A stretch of DNA of 64,000 nucleotides. Origin: an uncultured Gammaproteobacteria bacterium (GTDB lineage: Bacteria > Pseudomonadota > Gammaproteobacteria > JAADHQ01). Position 1 is the stretch's first letter. Each line of letters opens with the position of its first letter. The DNA lies in the NCBI GenBank assembly GCA_947258655.1, contig CAMYJD010000001.1, forward strand, positions 17,242 through 81,241. The letters are read 5' to 3'. Of this stretch, positions 32,496 through 42,441 are shown in pieces. The position numbers were made by a program, and so were the translations under genes. The notes beneath the pieces were generated by a model. The model saw nothing but the letters and a program-made list of their open reading frames with translations. It ran no database searches and was not told where the DNA came from.

Positions 32496-35400
32496 GTGCA
32501 AAACGTTTCACCATTAAACCCGGTATTACCCAGCCGTAGCAGCCCTCTCATCCATTGGGGTAAACTTTCTGGCAACAGCCCGGGATTGCTACTGTCCTCA
32601 TGCACGCAGGCATTCGACGGGTTTCTACTGGTCGTTACCAGTGATATGCAACAGGCCCATCGACTTGAACATGAACTCAAGTTCTTTCTGTCAGGCCGCC
32701 CCGGTATTTCGATACTATCGTTTCCGGACTGGGAAACCTTGCCGTATGATCCTTTTTCTCCGCATGAGGACATCATTTCCAGACGCCTGCAAACGCTAAG
32801 CCAGCTACCGCAGTTTGAACGCGGCATCCTTATCGTTCCGGTGGCCACACTAATGCAGCGGCTGGCCCCGCTCGAATATGTACAGGCATCTACGCTAATC
32901 CTGGAAAAGGGTGATACGCTGTCAACGGACAAGATCCGCAAACAGCTTGACAATGCCGGTTACCGCCACGTTTCACAGGTCATGGAACATGGCGAATATA
33001 CAGTCCGCGGCTCGATACTGGACTTGTTCCCGATGGGTTGCGATCAGCCATACCGTATCGATCTGTTTGATGAAGAGATCGAGTCAATCCGCAGTTTCGA
33101 TCCTGATACCCAGCGAACCATCAATACTATCGATGGTATTCGCCTGCTACCGGCACATGAATTTCCGCTGCATGACGAGGCCATTAGCCTGTTTCGCCAG
33201 AATTTTCGCAAACGTTTCGAGGGCGATCCACAACAAAGCAACATTTACCGCGAAGTCAGTAATGGCAATGCCACTGGTGGGTTGGAATACTATTTGCCCC
33301 TGTTCTTCCCGCAAACTCGCTCGTTAACTGACTACCTGCCCGACAATACCATCGTTATCAGTCTCGAAGGCGCAGACACGGCTACACAACAATTCTGGGA
33401 GCAGATTAACCAGCGCTACGAATCACTTTGTCATGATGTCGAGCGTCCCATCCTGAAACCGGAAGAAATCTACATCTCTCCGACCGCACTGATTGATGCA
33501 CTAACACGATTGCCGCGTGCAAACCTGCAATTGTTTGAATATACCGATACTGTCGAACAGAAATACCCGGTCATCAATTATCAGACCTCTGCACCACCCC
33601 CGTTGTTTATCCAGAACAATGCACTGGAGCCGCATGCAGCTCTACTGAAGTTCCTGGATCGATTTCCGGGTCGTGTGCTTGTGGCGGCAGAAACAACCGG
33701 TCGACGTGAAGTCATCCTGGAAATCCTGCGTAAATTATCATTATTTCCTGTCGTCCTCGAGCATTGGCAGGATTTCTATGAAGCGGACGTCGAACTCGCG
33801 ATTACTGTTGCGCCATTAGAGGAAGGACTGGTGTTGCAGGAACCCGCGCTGGCTATCATTGCGGAATCGCAATTATTTGGCAGTCGTGCAGTACAGAAGC
33901 GACGCAGGAAAAAAAGCCGGACTGATGCGGAAAATATCATCCGCAATCTGACCGACCTGCACCAGGGTGATCCTGTTGTACATGAAGAGCACGGCATAGG
34001 CCGATACCTCGGCTTACAGAAATTGAATGTTGGAAATATCGAGACAGAGTTCCTGACCCTCGAATACGCCAATAACGCCAAACTCTATGTACCGGTCGCA
34101 TCCCTGCACCTGATCAGCCGCTATTCGGGCGCATCACCTGAGAATGCGCCGTTGCACCGGCTCGGTAGTGATCATTGGCAAAAAGCCAAGCGCCGTGCCG
34201 CCGAACGTGCCCGTGATGTCGCCGCCGAACTGCTCGATGTCTATGCACGCAGGGCCGCACGCAAAGGACATAGTTATAGCATCGATCAGGAGGAATATAC
34301 CCGTTTTGCTGCGGCCTTCCCTTTTGAGGAGACACCTGACCAACTGGCAGCAATCGATGCAGTCAGCACCGATATGCAGGCCGAGCAGCCGATGGACAGG
34401 GTCGTTTGTGGCGATGTAGGTTTCGGCAAGACCGAGGTGGCCATGCGCGCGACATTCATTACCGCACAGGCAAACCGCCAGGTAGCGATACTGGTGCCAA
34501 CGACGTTACTGGCGCAACAACACTACCATAATTTCCTCGACCGTTTCGCAGATTGGCCGTTCAATATCGAAGTGCTGTCGCGATTCCGCAGTGGCAAGGA
34601 CCAGGACAACATTATCAAGCAAGTCGAAAATGGCAAGATTGACATTATTATCGGCACCCACAAACTGCTGCAGAAGGATATCCGCTTCCACGATCTCGGC
34701 TTACTGATCATCGATGAAGAACATCGCTTTGGTGTACGCCAGAAGGAGCGCCTGAAGTCGCTGCGCTCCGAGGTCGATATACTGACCCTGACCGCGACAC
34801 CTATCCCGCGCACGCTTAATATGTCATTATCCGGCCTTCGCGACCTGTCCATTATCGCAACCGCACCGACCGAACGCGTGGCGATTAAAACGTTTGTGTC
34901 CGAGTGGATCGACAACCTGCTCCTGGAAGCCTTTTTACGCGAGATCAAACGTGGCGGCCAGGTCTATTTTCTGCACAATGAAGTCTCCACGATCGACAGG
35001 GTTGCAAAACAAATACAGGATCTGGTGCCGAATGCCAAGCTCGCCATAGCCCATGGGCAGATGCGTGAACGTGAACTCGAGCAGGTAATGCTGGATTTCT
35101 ATCATCAGAAATATAATATTCTGGTGTGCACGACGATTATCGAGAGCGGCATCGATATCCCATCGGCCAACACCATTATTATCAACCGCGCCGATAAACT
35201 GGGCCTGGCACAGTTACATCAACTGCGTGGACGCGTCGGCAGATCACATCACCGCGCCTACGCCTATTTATTGATTCCGGGACGCAAGAGTATCACAGCG
35301 GATGCGCTCAAACGGCTCGAGGCCATTGAATCACTGGAAAACCTGGGCGCCGGCTTCATGTTGGCAACCCATGACCTCGAGATCAGGGGGGCCGGAGAAC

Positions 35401-35966
35401 TCCTCGGTGAAGGGCAAAGCGGACAGATTCAGGAGGTCGGTTTTACCCTGTACACCGAACTACTGGAACGCGCAGTCGATGCGCTGAAATCAGGGCAGGA
35501 TCCCGATCTAGAAAAACCGCTCGATCACGGACCCGAGATCGACCTGCAGATACCGGCATTGATACCAGAGGACTACCTGCCCGACATTCACAGTCGCCTT
35601 GTATTGTACAAACGCATCGCCAGTGCCGCCAACAATGAGCAATTAAAGGATATCCAGGTAGAGATGATTGATCGATTTGGGCTGCTGCCGCCGTCAGTCA
35701 AAAACCTGATCAGTATAACCGAACTAAAGATTCGTGCCGCGATGATGGGCATCAGCAAGATTGACGCCGGTGACAAGGGCGGACGCCTGCTGTTTACAGA
35801 AGAGCCCGATATCAATCCGCTCAATATCATCAAACTCATTCAGGAAAAACCCGACATTTACAAGCTAGATGGCAAAAATAAGCTTCGCTTTTATATGTCA
35901 TTAGAGGATAATGACAAACGGTTCCGCGCAGTAGTGGAATTACTTGAGCTGCTACAGGCAGCATAA
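32496..35966 (+). CDS. mfd: Transcription-repair coupling factor Mfd
   Basis: FPDWETLPYD, CarD-like VVHEEHGIGRY, GDVGFGKTEVA, DEEHRFGV, QLRGRVGR, DLEIRGAGELLG. Confidence 0.98.
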   Translation: MQNVSPLNPVLPSRSSPLIHWGKLSGNSPGLLLSSCTQAFDGFLLVVTSDMQQAHRLEHELKFFLSGRPGISILSFPDWETLPYDPFSPHEDIISRRLQTLSQLPQFERGILIVPVATLMQRLAPLEYVQASTLILEKGDTLSTDKIRKQLDNAGYRHVSQVMEHGEYTVRGSILDLFPMGCDQPYRIDLFDEEIESIRSFDPDTQRTINTIDGIRLLPAHEFPLHDEAISLFRQNFRKRFEGDPQQSNIYREVSNGNATGGLEYYLPLFFPQTRSLTDYLPDNTIVISLEGADTATQQFWEQINQRYESLCHDVERPILKPEEIYISPTALIDALTRLPRANLQLFEYTDTVEQKYPVINYQTSAPPPLFIQNNALEPHAALLKFLDRFPGRVLVAAETTGRREVILEILRKLSLFPVVLEHWQDFYEADVELAITVAPLEEGLVLQEPALAIIAESQLFGSRAVQKRRRKKSRTDAENIIRNLTDLHQGDPVVHEEHGIGRYLGLQKLNVGNIETEFLTLEYANNAKLYVPVASLHLISRYSGASPENAPLHRLGSDHWQKAKRRAAERARDVAAELLDVYARRAARKGHSYSIDQEEYTRFAAAFPFEETPDQLAAIDAVSTDMQAEQPMDRVVCGDVGFGKTEVAMRATFITAQANRQVAILVPTTLLAQQHYHNFLDRFADWPFNIEVLSRFRSGKDQDNIIKQVENGKIDIIIGTHKLLQKDIRFHDLGLLIIDEEHRFGVRQKERLKSLRSEVDILTLTATPIPRTLNMSLSGLRDLSIIATAPTERVAIKTFVSEWIDNLLLEAFLREIKRGGQVYFLHNEVSTIDRVAKQIQDLVPNAKLAIAHGQMRERELEQVMLDFYHQKYNILVCTTIIESGIDIPSANTIIINRADKLGLAQLHQLRGRVGRSHHRAYAYLLIPGRKSITADALKRLEAIESLENLGAGFMLATHDLEIRGAGELLGEGQSGQIQEVGFTLYTELLERAVDALKSGQDPDLEKPLDHGPEIDLQIPALIPEDYLPDIHSRLVLYKRIASAANNEQLKDIQVEMIDRFGLLPPSVKNLISITELKIRAAMMGISKIDAGDKGGRLLFTEEPDINPLNIIKLIQEKPDIYKLDGKNKLRFYMSLEDNDKRFRAVVELLELLQAA

Positions 35967-35997
35967 TGATGTTCACAGCTATAATACAGTAATCGAT

Positions 35998-36717
35998 ATG
36001 ACTGGCTACAACGTACTAATTATTACCTTTCTCTGTCTATTGACATCAATTAGCCACGCTGCTCAGACACCCCTGTACCGGTTTGAACTGATCATATTCG
36101 AATATACAAACAGTCAGTACAGCGACACGGAAACATGGCCTGTAAACCCGGGTGAACCTGACGATGCTGACGTACTCTCCTCCATCACCAGTAGCGCCTA
36201 CAAGGCCAGTCCGGCAACCAACAGTGGCGGCTTCATTTTCAAATTGCAGCAGCCCAGACAATTGATCTTGAAAAAGGAAGCCAGGGCCATTAAACGCTCA
36301 TCATCACGTAAATTACTACTGCATACCAGCTGGGTGCAAAGCATGCACTCCGAAAAACAGGCACGACCGCTGGCAATCAAGATTGGCAAGGAATATACAA
36401 GTCTGGAATCAGGACCCGATTATTCAGGCCTGTACAGTGACTATTCGACGCCGGCAGCAACGCCCGTCAAGCACAAACAACTCGAGGGAACCATCAGGAT
36501 TTCCATTAGCAGGTATCTGCACGTATGGACCGACCTGCTCTTCCGACGTCCACGCAGCAGTGCCATCGCAGACAATTCCGGATATATAGATACCCAGGCC
36601 TTCCGTTATCGAGATCACAGAAAAATGCGCAGCAAGGAACTTCACTATATCGATAACCCGAGTTTTGGCATACTTATTTATGCCCTGCCCGTCAAACCAT
36701 CAGGAAAATCTAATTAA
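35998..36717 (+). CDS. csiV: CsiV-family peptidoglycan-binding periplasmic protein
   Basis: Signal peptide, FELIIF, LLLHTSWVQ, LEGTIRISISRYLHVWTDL, RKMRSKELHYIDNPSFGILI; adjacent to mfd. Confidence 0.75.
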   Translation: MTGYNVLIITFLCLLTSISHAAQTPLYRFELIIFEYTNSQYSDTETWPVNPGEPDDADVLSSITSSAYKASPATNSGGFIFKLQQPRQLILKKEARAIKRSSSRKLLLHTSWVQSMHSEKQARPLAIKIGKEYTSLESGPDYSGLYSDYSTPAATPVKHKQLEGTIRISISRYLHVWTDLLFRRPRSSAIADNSGYIDTQAFRYRDHRKMRSKELHYIDNPSFGILIYALPVKPSGKSN

Positions 36718-36738
36718 TCTTCACTACGTCCAGTCGTA

Positions 36739-37476
36739 CTATAAACACGGCAAGGCATGCTCCAGTAAGGCACGGACATTGTCCATACCCGTTTTCAGAT
36801 TTTTTTCAATCTCATCCATCGTTATGATAGCGCCATCGATACCGGCTGCCCGGTTTGCAACGACTGCACAACAGGCATAACACAGGTCCAGTTCACGCGC
36901 TAACGCAGTCTCGGGCATGCCAGTCATGCCAACAACGGCACAATCATCTTTCGCCAGACGGCGGATTTCGGCAGCTGTTTCCAGCCGCGGACCCTGTGTA
37001 GCAGCATAGGTGCCATCAGTGACGGGATCGAGCCCGGCAAGTCTCGCTCCATCGATCAAGCGGGTTCGCAGTTCATCACAGTAAGGGTAGGTAAAATCGA
37101 TATGCCTGACATCCTGATGGCTTTCAAAGAAGGTACTTTGCCTGGACCAGGTATAGTCAATGATCTGGTCAGGGAAGGCAATACGGCCCGGATACATATC
37201 TTCACGTATACCGCCAACGGCGGCAACGGCAATGACCTTTTTAACACCACTTTCGTGCAGTGCCCACAGGTTTGCACGGTAATTGACCTGGTGTGGTGGA
37301 ATGGTATGACCACTGCCATGACGGGCCAGGAAGACGACGCTACAACCACAGATCTGACCAAATACCAGCGGAGAGGAAGGCTGACCATAGGGCGTATTGA
37401 CCATTTCTCGATGGGTGATTGTCAGGCCCTTCAATGAATTCAGGCCGGTGCCACCAATAATCGCTATATCTGCCAA
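36739..37476 (-). CDS. mtnP: S-methyl-5'-thioinosine/thioadenosine phosphorylase
   Basis: IIGGTG, TPYG, FLARHG, VNYRANLWAL, QGPRLETAAE, VVGMTGMPE, VANRAAG. Confidence 0.9.
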   Translation of the reverse strand: MADIAIIGGTGLNSLKGLTITHREMVNTPYGQPSSPLVFGQICGCSVVFLARHGSGHTIPPHQVNYRANLWALHESGVKKVIAVAAVGGIREDMYPGRIAFPDQIIDYTWSRQSTFFESHQDVRHIDFTYPYCDELRTRLIDGARLAGLDPVTDGTYAATQGPRLETAAEIRRLAKDDCAVVGMTGMPETALARELDLCYACCAVVANRAAGIDGAIITMDEIEKNLKTGMDNVRALLEHALPCL

Positions 37477-37504
37477 GAGCTTATCTCGCCTCCCTGATCA
37501 TGCC

Positions 37505-38056
37505 TTATTCATCGACTGCGTATATACCGGCAGCATTGCGCAGATACCCTTTGTAATCCATACCATATCCATACACATATACGTCTTCAATCTGCAGACC
37601 AACAAAATCGGCATGTGCACAGCCATGCTTGCGCTCGTGTATTTTCTCCACCAGCACACAACTATAGACCTTCTCTGCACCGTGCTCATGACAATAATCG
37701 AGTATACTTTTCAGCGTAATACCTTCATCAAGAATATCGTCAATGACCAGAACCGTCCTTCCAGTCAGGGCATGTTGCGGTTTTACCGTCCAGTCGAGCT
37801 CTCCACCACTGGTGTTTCCGCGGTAGCGTGTGGCATGCAGATAATCAACATGTAACGGGAAATGTAGTCGCGTCAGTAAATGACCCGCAGGAATCAGGCC
37901 ACCGTTCATGACCGCAATAATCAACGGATTGGTATCGGCGAGGGTCGCGGTGATTGCAGCAGCCATACGCTCCAGCGCCTGTTGTACCTGGACGTCGTCG
38001 TACAGGCATCTGGCCCTGCTATGCACTTCATTGGCTTGTAATGCAGTAATAGCCAT
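37505..38056 (-). CDS. hpt: Hypoxanthine-guanine phosphoribosyltransferase
   Basis: VMNGG, DYLHATRY, PRT motif VLVIDDILDEGITL, YVYGYGMDY. Confidence 0.92.
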   Translation of the reverse strand: MAITALQANEVHSRARCLYDDVQVQQALERMAAAITATLADTNPLIIAVMNGGLIPAGHLLTRLHFPLHVDYLHATRYRGNTSGGELDWTVKPQHALTGRTVLVIDDILDEGITLKSILDYCHEHGAEKVYSCVLVEKIHERKHGCAHADFVGLQIEDVYVYGYGMDYKGYLRNAAGIYAVDE

Positions 38057-38427
38057 TAATATGTAAAGGTTACCGTTCCATCGGACATGGCTTCACTGAT
38101 CACATAGGCAGAGCCAATGGTTTCCGAGATCTCCGGAATCAGGTTATCACCCCAGATGTCCAATGATGGCGTGCATACCTTGAAAACCGCGCCAGCTGCA
38201 TGCGCCTCCTTCATATAATCATATACAGAACGCTTACTTCCCTCATGCAAATATATTTTTTCTGCAACACCGGTCTTGGCCAGTTCACCGGCACGTCCAG
38301 TCAGTATGACCTCCACTTCGTAGTCCATCGATGCTGCAACTGTCGCCTGAAAAAAGGGGGCTCCCAGCTCACTCGGATTTGCAGGATCAGTGTTTACCAT
38401 TACTATAACAAGCTTATCGGCCATCAT
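38056..38427 (-). CDS. DsrE/DsrF-like family protein
   Basis: KLVIVM..., APFFQATVAASMDYEVEVILTG, EAHAAGAVFKVC (single Cys); stop overlaps the hpt start. Confidence 0.75.
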   Translation of the reverse strand: MMADKLVIVMVNTDPANPSELGAPFFQATVAASMDYEVEVILTGRAGELAKTGVAEKIYLHEGSKRSVYDYMKEAHAAGAVFKVCTPSLDIWGDNLIPEISETIGSAYVISEAMSDGTVTFTY

Positions 38428-38446
38428 TACACCTCACTCTTATAGA

Positions 38447-39553
38447 CTACTCATTTTCCATGGCTATCCGTATATTATCCGGAACATGTACCGTAGAGGT
38501 TGGAAAGGCACATTCGGCGCCTTCATCTTCTATAATATCAATAATCTTCAACAATACGTCCTGTTTGACTTCGTGATACTTTACCCAGTTTGTGGTGCGT
38601 GTGAAAGTATATACAAAAAAATCCAGTGATGACGAAGCGAACTTATTGAAATTCACAATCATTGTCTGCCCCTGATCGATTTCCTCATGCGCTTCCAACA
38701 TGGATTTCACTCTGGAAATGATCGCGGACACCCTGGATACATCATCATAACGAATACCTATGGTTTCGTATATCCTCCGATGTGTCATTCTGGATGGATT
38801 TTCCACAGCGATACTGGTGAAAGTGGAATTAGGTATATACAATGGTCGTTTGTCAAAAGTGCGTATACGAGTCAAACGCCAGCCAATTGCTTCCACTGTA
38901 CCTTCGATTTCGCGATCCGGGGAACGTACCCAGTCACCAACAGCAAATGGTCGATCCATATATATCATCAGACCACCGAAAAAATTAGCCAGCAGATCCT
39001 TGGCTGCAAAACCGATGGCGATACCGCCTATACCACCAAAGGCAAGCACACCGGAAATACTGTAACCCATGGTTTGTAATGCAACCAGTGATGCCGTAAT
39101 CAGTATCGAGATGCGCACCAGTTTGGCAATAGCATCGACCGTAGTAAGATCAACTTCCTTGCCAGCCTGAGTGGCGTATTCAATAATATTTTCCTCGACA
39201 CGCCTGGCAAAACGTATCAGAAACCAGGTGATCACGACGATTACACCCACATCTCTGATAGGCTCGATCGCTTCAAAGATTACCGCCTCGGTCTGCGCCT
39301 GCACAATCTCCGCAGCAAAGGATATTCCTAAAATCCATATTAATGCAGACAAGGGTCTGCTGAGCGCATCAACCAGTGAGTCGTCCCATGGATTACGGGT
39401 TGTCTCCAGCTTTCGCTGCAATCTTTTCAAGATGCGCTTGACGACATAATTAAGCAACAGCGCTGCAAATACAACCACAAAAACCTGGACAATCCAGTCC
39501 CCACCGGCTTGCACCCAATTGATAAAACTGTTCCAGTATTTCTGTATATCCAT
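38447..39553 (-). CDS. Small-conductance mechanosensitive channel (MscS family)
   Basis: GGIGGIAIGFAAKDLLANFFGG, RPFAVGDW, GTVEAIGWRLTRIRT, IPNS, AFPT. Confidence 0.93.
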   Translation of the reverse strand: MDIQKYWNSFINWVQAGGDWIVQVFVVVFAALLLNYVVKRILKRLQRKLETTRNPWDDSLVDALSRPLSALIWILGISFAAEIVQAQTEAVIFEAIEPIRDVGVIVVITWFLIRFARRVEENIIEYATQAGKEVDLTTVDAIAKLVRISILITASLVALQTMGYSISGVLAFGGIGGIAIGFAAKDLLANFFGGLMIYMDRPFAVGDWVRSPDREIEGTVEAIGWRLTRIRTFDKRPLYIPNSTFTSIAVENPSRMTHRRIYETIGIRYDDVSRVSAIISRVKSMLEAHEEIDQGQTMIVNFNKFASSSLDFFVYTFTRTTNWVKYHEVKQDVLLKIIDIIEDEGAECAFPTSTVHVPDNIRIAMENE

Positions 39554-39609
39554 GTTCGATATCTCGATCTATAAAGTGTTATTAAATAAAGCGGAGTTAG
39601 ATTGAAATG

Positions 39610-40659
39610 CTATTCAATGTCCATATCCAGCAATGGTTCAAGGTCATAGCGGGCAATCAATTCTACAGCCGCCTTCCAGTCTTCGTCCAGATGGAGTTGC
39701 TCCCAGGTTCTGTCATGCTTACCGTGCATGCGCACAAGACGTAAATGGCTGACAGGATTATCCAGTTCGGCAAGATTGTCCAAGACTTCATCCCTGCCCT
39801 GGGTATTATTACATACCAGCACCATATCACAGCCCGCTTGCATGGCCTGGCGCGCGCGCTCGGCGTAGCCTCCGATACTGTGTGCGGCTACCATACTCAG
39901 GTCGTCACTGAATACCGCCCCCTGGAAACCCAACTGCTGACGCAGAATCTGCTCGATCCAGACATGGGAAAAACTGGCCGGTCTGTCATCTACCTGCGGA
40001 TAAATCACATGGGCCATCATCATTGCGGCCATGTCATAATGAATCATCCTTTCAAAGGCCAGCATGTCTTCATTGGCCAGATCGACATAACGCCTGTCAT
40101 CCATCGGCAGATCCGTATGTGAATCGGCATGCACTGCGCCATGGCCGGGAAAATGTTTTCCGGTTGCTGACATGCCGGCTTTACGCATACCGGTCATATA
40201 GGCATGCGCAAGTTCGGCAACAACCTCGGCCGAGCGATGAAAGGCACGGTCACCGATCACGGTACTGACACCGTAATCAAGATCCAATACGGGTGCAAAA
40301 CTGATATCCACGCCGAGCGCCAGTAATTCAGCCGCCATCAACCAGCCGGTGACTTCAGAACAACGGCGTGCATATCCAGGATTTTCCTGATATAGCTGGC
40401 CCAGACGGGACACCGCAGGTAAGCGTGTAAATTCATCACGAAAGCGCTGCACCCTGCCCCCTTCCTGATCCACTGCCACAAGCAGGCGCGGGAAACGAAT
40501 CTGGTGGATGTCCCGAGTCAATGCCTGTAACTGCTCGACTGACTGATAATTTCTACTGAACAGGATAACGCCCCCGACCATCGGATGCGACAGCATCTCG
40601 CGTTCCTCCTCATTCAGGCAAGGACCTTGCAAATCGACCATTACGGATCCCAATGACAT
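39610..40659 (-). CDS. nagZ: Beta-N-acetylhexosaminidase NagZ (GH3)
   Basis: GGVILFSRN, VDQEGGRVQR, FAPVLD, KHFPGHGAVHADSH, FSDDLSM. Confidence 0.97.
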   Translation of the reverse strand: MSLGSVMVDLQGPCLNEEEREMLSHPMVGGVILFSRNYQSVEQLQALTRDIHQIRFPRLLVAVDQEGGRVQRFRDEFTRLPAVSRLGQLYQENPGYARRCSEVTGWLMAAELLALGVDISFAPVLDLDYGVSTVIGDRAFHRSAEVVAELAHAYMTGMRKAGMSATGKHFPGHGAVHADSHTDLPMDDRRYVDLANEDMLAFERMIHYDMAAMMMAHVIYPQVDDRPASFSHVWIEQILRQQLGFQGAVFSDDLSMVAAHSIGGYAERARQAMQAGCDMVLVCNNTQGRDEVLDNLAELDNPVSHLRLVRMHGKHDRTWEQLHLDEDWKAAVELIARYDLEPLLDMDIE

Positions 40660-40662
40660 GAC

Positions 40663-41475
40663 TTAGGTTTCTCCTTCTTTGATATTCGCCTTCACATCAA
40701 GCTGGTCACGGAGACGATCACCGGCGAGATTAACGGCCAGCACCACTACCATCAGCGCCACGCCCGGTGCCAGAACCAGATGAGGTGCAACCAGCATATA
40801 TCGGGTACCGTCACGAATCATACTGCCCCAGGATGCGTCCGGAGCCTGCACCCCAAGACCCAGAAATGACAGGCCTGCCTCGGCAATGACCACTGAGGCC
40901 ACTCCGAATGTAGCCTCAACCAGGATAGGCGCACTGATTAACGGGATCAAATGCACAAAGATAATCTTGCGCTGACGACTGCCGAGGACCAGGGCTGCCT
41001 GTACATGATCGCGATGCTTGACTGACAGGGTTTGTGCGCGTGCCAGACGCGCAAAACCTACCCAACCAACAACTGACAGGGCAATGACCACATTATCGAT
41101 ACCGGGCCCCATGATGCCCGCCAGCGCTATTGCCAGCAGGATACCGGGGAAGGCGAGAAATATATCAATGACACGCACTACTACCTGGTCGAACAGTCCA
41201 CCCAGATAGGCACTCAATGTGCCGATGACGGTCCCGGTGATCACTGAAATACAGATCACCGTCAGTGCCACAATGCATGAAGTATAGGAACCGGACAACA
41301 AACGATCAAATACCGGACGACCCAGATCATCATTCCCGAACCAGTGCTCCAGCGTCGGGCCCTGCAGGATTGCTTCGAGTTCTACCTGACTGATATTCAA
41401 AGGCAGCAACTGACTGACAAACGATCCGAGAATCCAGATTATGATAATCCACACAGACAGACCATAGCGACTCAT
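40663..41475 (-). CDS. Peptide/nickel ABC transporter permease (DppC/OppC family)
   Basis: HWFGNDDLGR, FPGILLAIAL, ARLARAQ, AEAGLSFLGLG, SWGSMI, NLAGDRLRD. Confidence 0.92.
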   Translation of the reverse strand: MSRYGLSVWIIIIWILGSFVSQLLPLNISQVELEAILQGPTLEHWFGNDDLGRPVFDRLLSGSYTSCIVALTVICISVITGTVIGTLSAYLGGLFDQVVVRVIDIFLAFPGILLAIALAGIMGPGIDNVVIALSVVGWVGFARLARAQTLSVKHRDHVQAALVLGSRQRKIIFVHLIPLISAPILVEATFGVASVVIAEAGLSFLGLGVQAPDASWGSMIRDGTRYMLVAPHLVLAPGVALMVVVLAVNLAGDRLRDQLDVKANIKEGET

Positions 41476-42401
41476 ATGCGACCACCAATGCGGATACGTG
41501 GATCAATCCATGCATAGACCATGTCTGTGAGCATATTGACGACAACATAAGTCAGACTTATCACTAGCACACAGGCCTGAACGACAGGGTAATCACGTTT
41601 CATAATCGAATCTATCGTCAATTTACCAATCCCTGGCCACGAAAATACCGTCTCGGTAATCACCGCGCCCCCCAGTAATACGCCTAGCTGCAGACCCAGC
41701 AATGTAATAATCGGCAACATCGCATTGGGCAAGGCATGGTGAATAACGACCTGCAAATGGGAATCACCCTTGGCCCTGGCAGTACGAATATAGTCCTCAT
41801 GTAATACCTCCAGCAGGGTACTGCGGATCATACGTGACAATACGGCTGCAAGCGCGGTTCCCAGCGTAATGGCCGGTAATATTATAGATGCCAGGCCGTC
41901 ACGGCCACTGACAGGCAGCCAGCCAAGATAAATCGAGAAAATCAGGATCAGCAGCGGACCGAGGAGGAAATTTGGGATGGACACACCCAGCATCGATGCG
42001 CCCATGGCCGTTCTGTCCCAGGTTTTACCCTTGTTGAGTGCGGCAACAATTCCCAATGGAAATGCAATAACACAGGCTAGCAACAGGGAAATGACAGCCA
42101 GTTCCACCGTTGCCGGTATTCTTTGTGCAAGCAGCTCGGATACCGGTATACGACTGTGCAGGGAGTTGCCCAGATCACCCTGCAGCAGGTTGCTGAAGTA
42201 AGACAATAACTGTACGCTGACAGGCTGATTAAGACCCAGTGCTTGCCGCAGAGCATCACGATCAGCCATTTGCGCATTCTCGCCGAGCATCATATCGACC
42301 GGGTCACCGGGCACCAGATGTATCAACAGAAATACCAGGCACACAACACCGATAACAACGGTCACTGTACTGAGCAGGCGCGACAGCAGGAATCTCAACA
42401 T
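41472..42401 (-). CDS. Peptide/nickel ABC transporter permease (DppB/OppB family)
   Basis: LVPGDP, GDLGNS, PATVELA, DYIRTARAKG, ETVFSWPGIG, RDYPVVQ, IDPRI. Confidence 0.92.
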   Translation of the reverse strand: MLRFLLSRLLSTVTVVIGVVCLVFLLIHLVPGDPVDMMLGENAQMADRDALRQALGLNQPVSVQLLSYFSNLLQGDLGNSLHSRIPVSELLAQRIPATVELAVISLLLACVIAFPLGIVAALNKGKTWDRTAMGASMLGVSIPNFLLGPLLILIFSIYLGWLPVSGRDGLASIILPAITLGTALAAVLSRMIRSTLLEVLHEDYIRTARAKGDSHLQVVIHHALPNAMLPIITLLGLQLGVLLGGAVITETVFSWPGIGKLTIDSIMKRDYPVVQACVLVISLTYVVVNMLTDMVYAWIDPRIRIGGRI

Positions 42402-42441
42402 ATTATTGATTCTATTCGATTAAAACGGTGTTGATAATACA

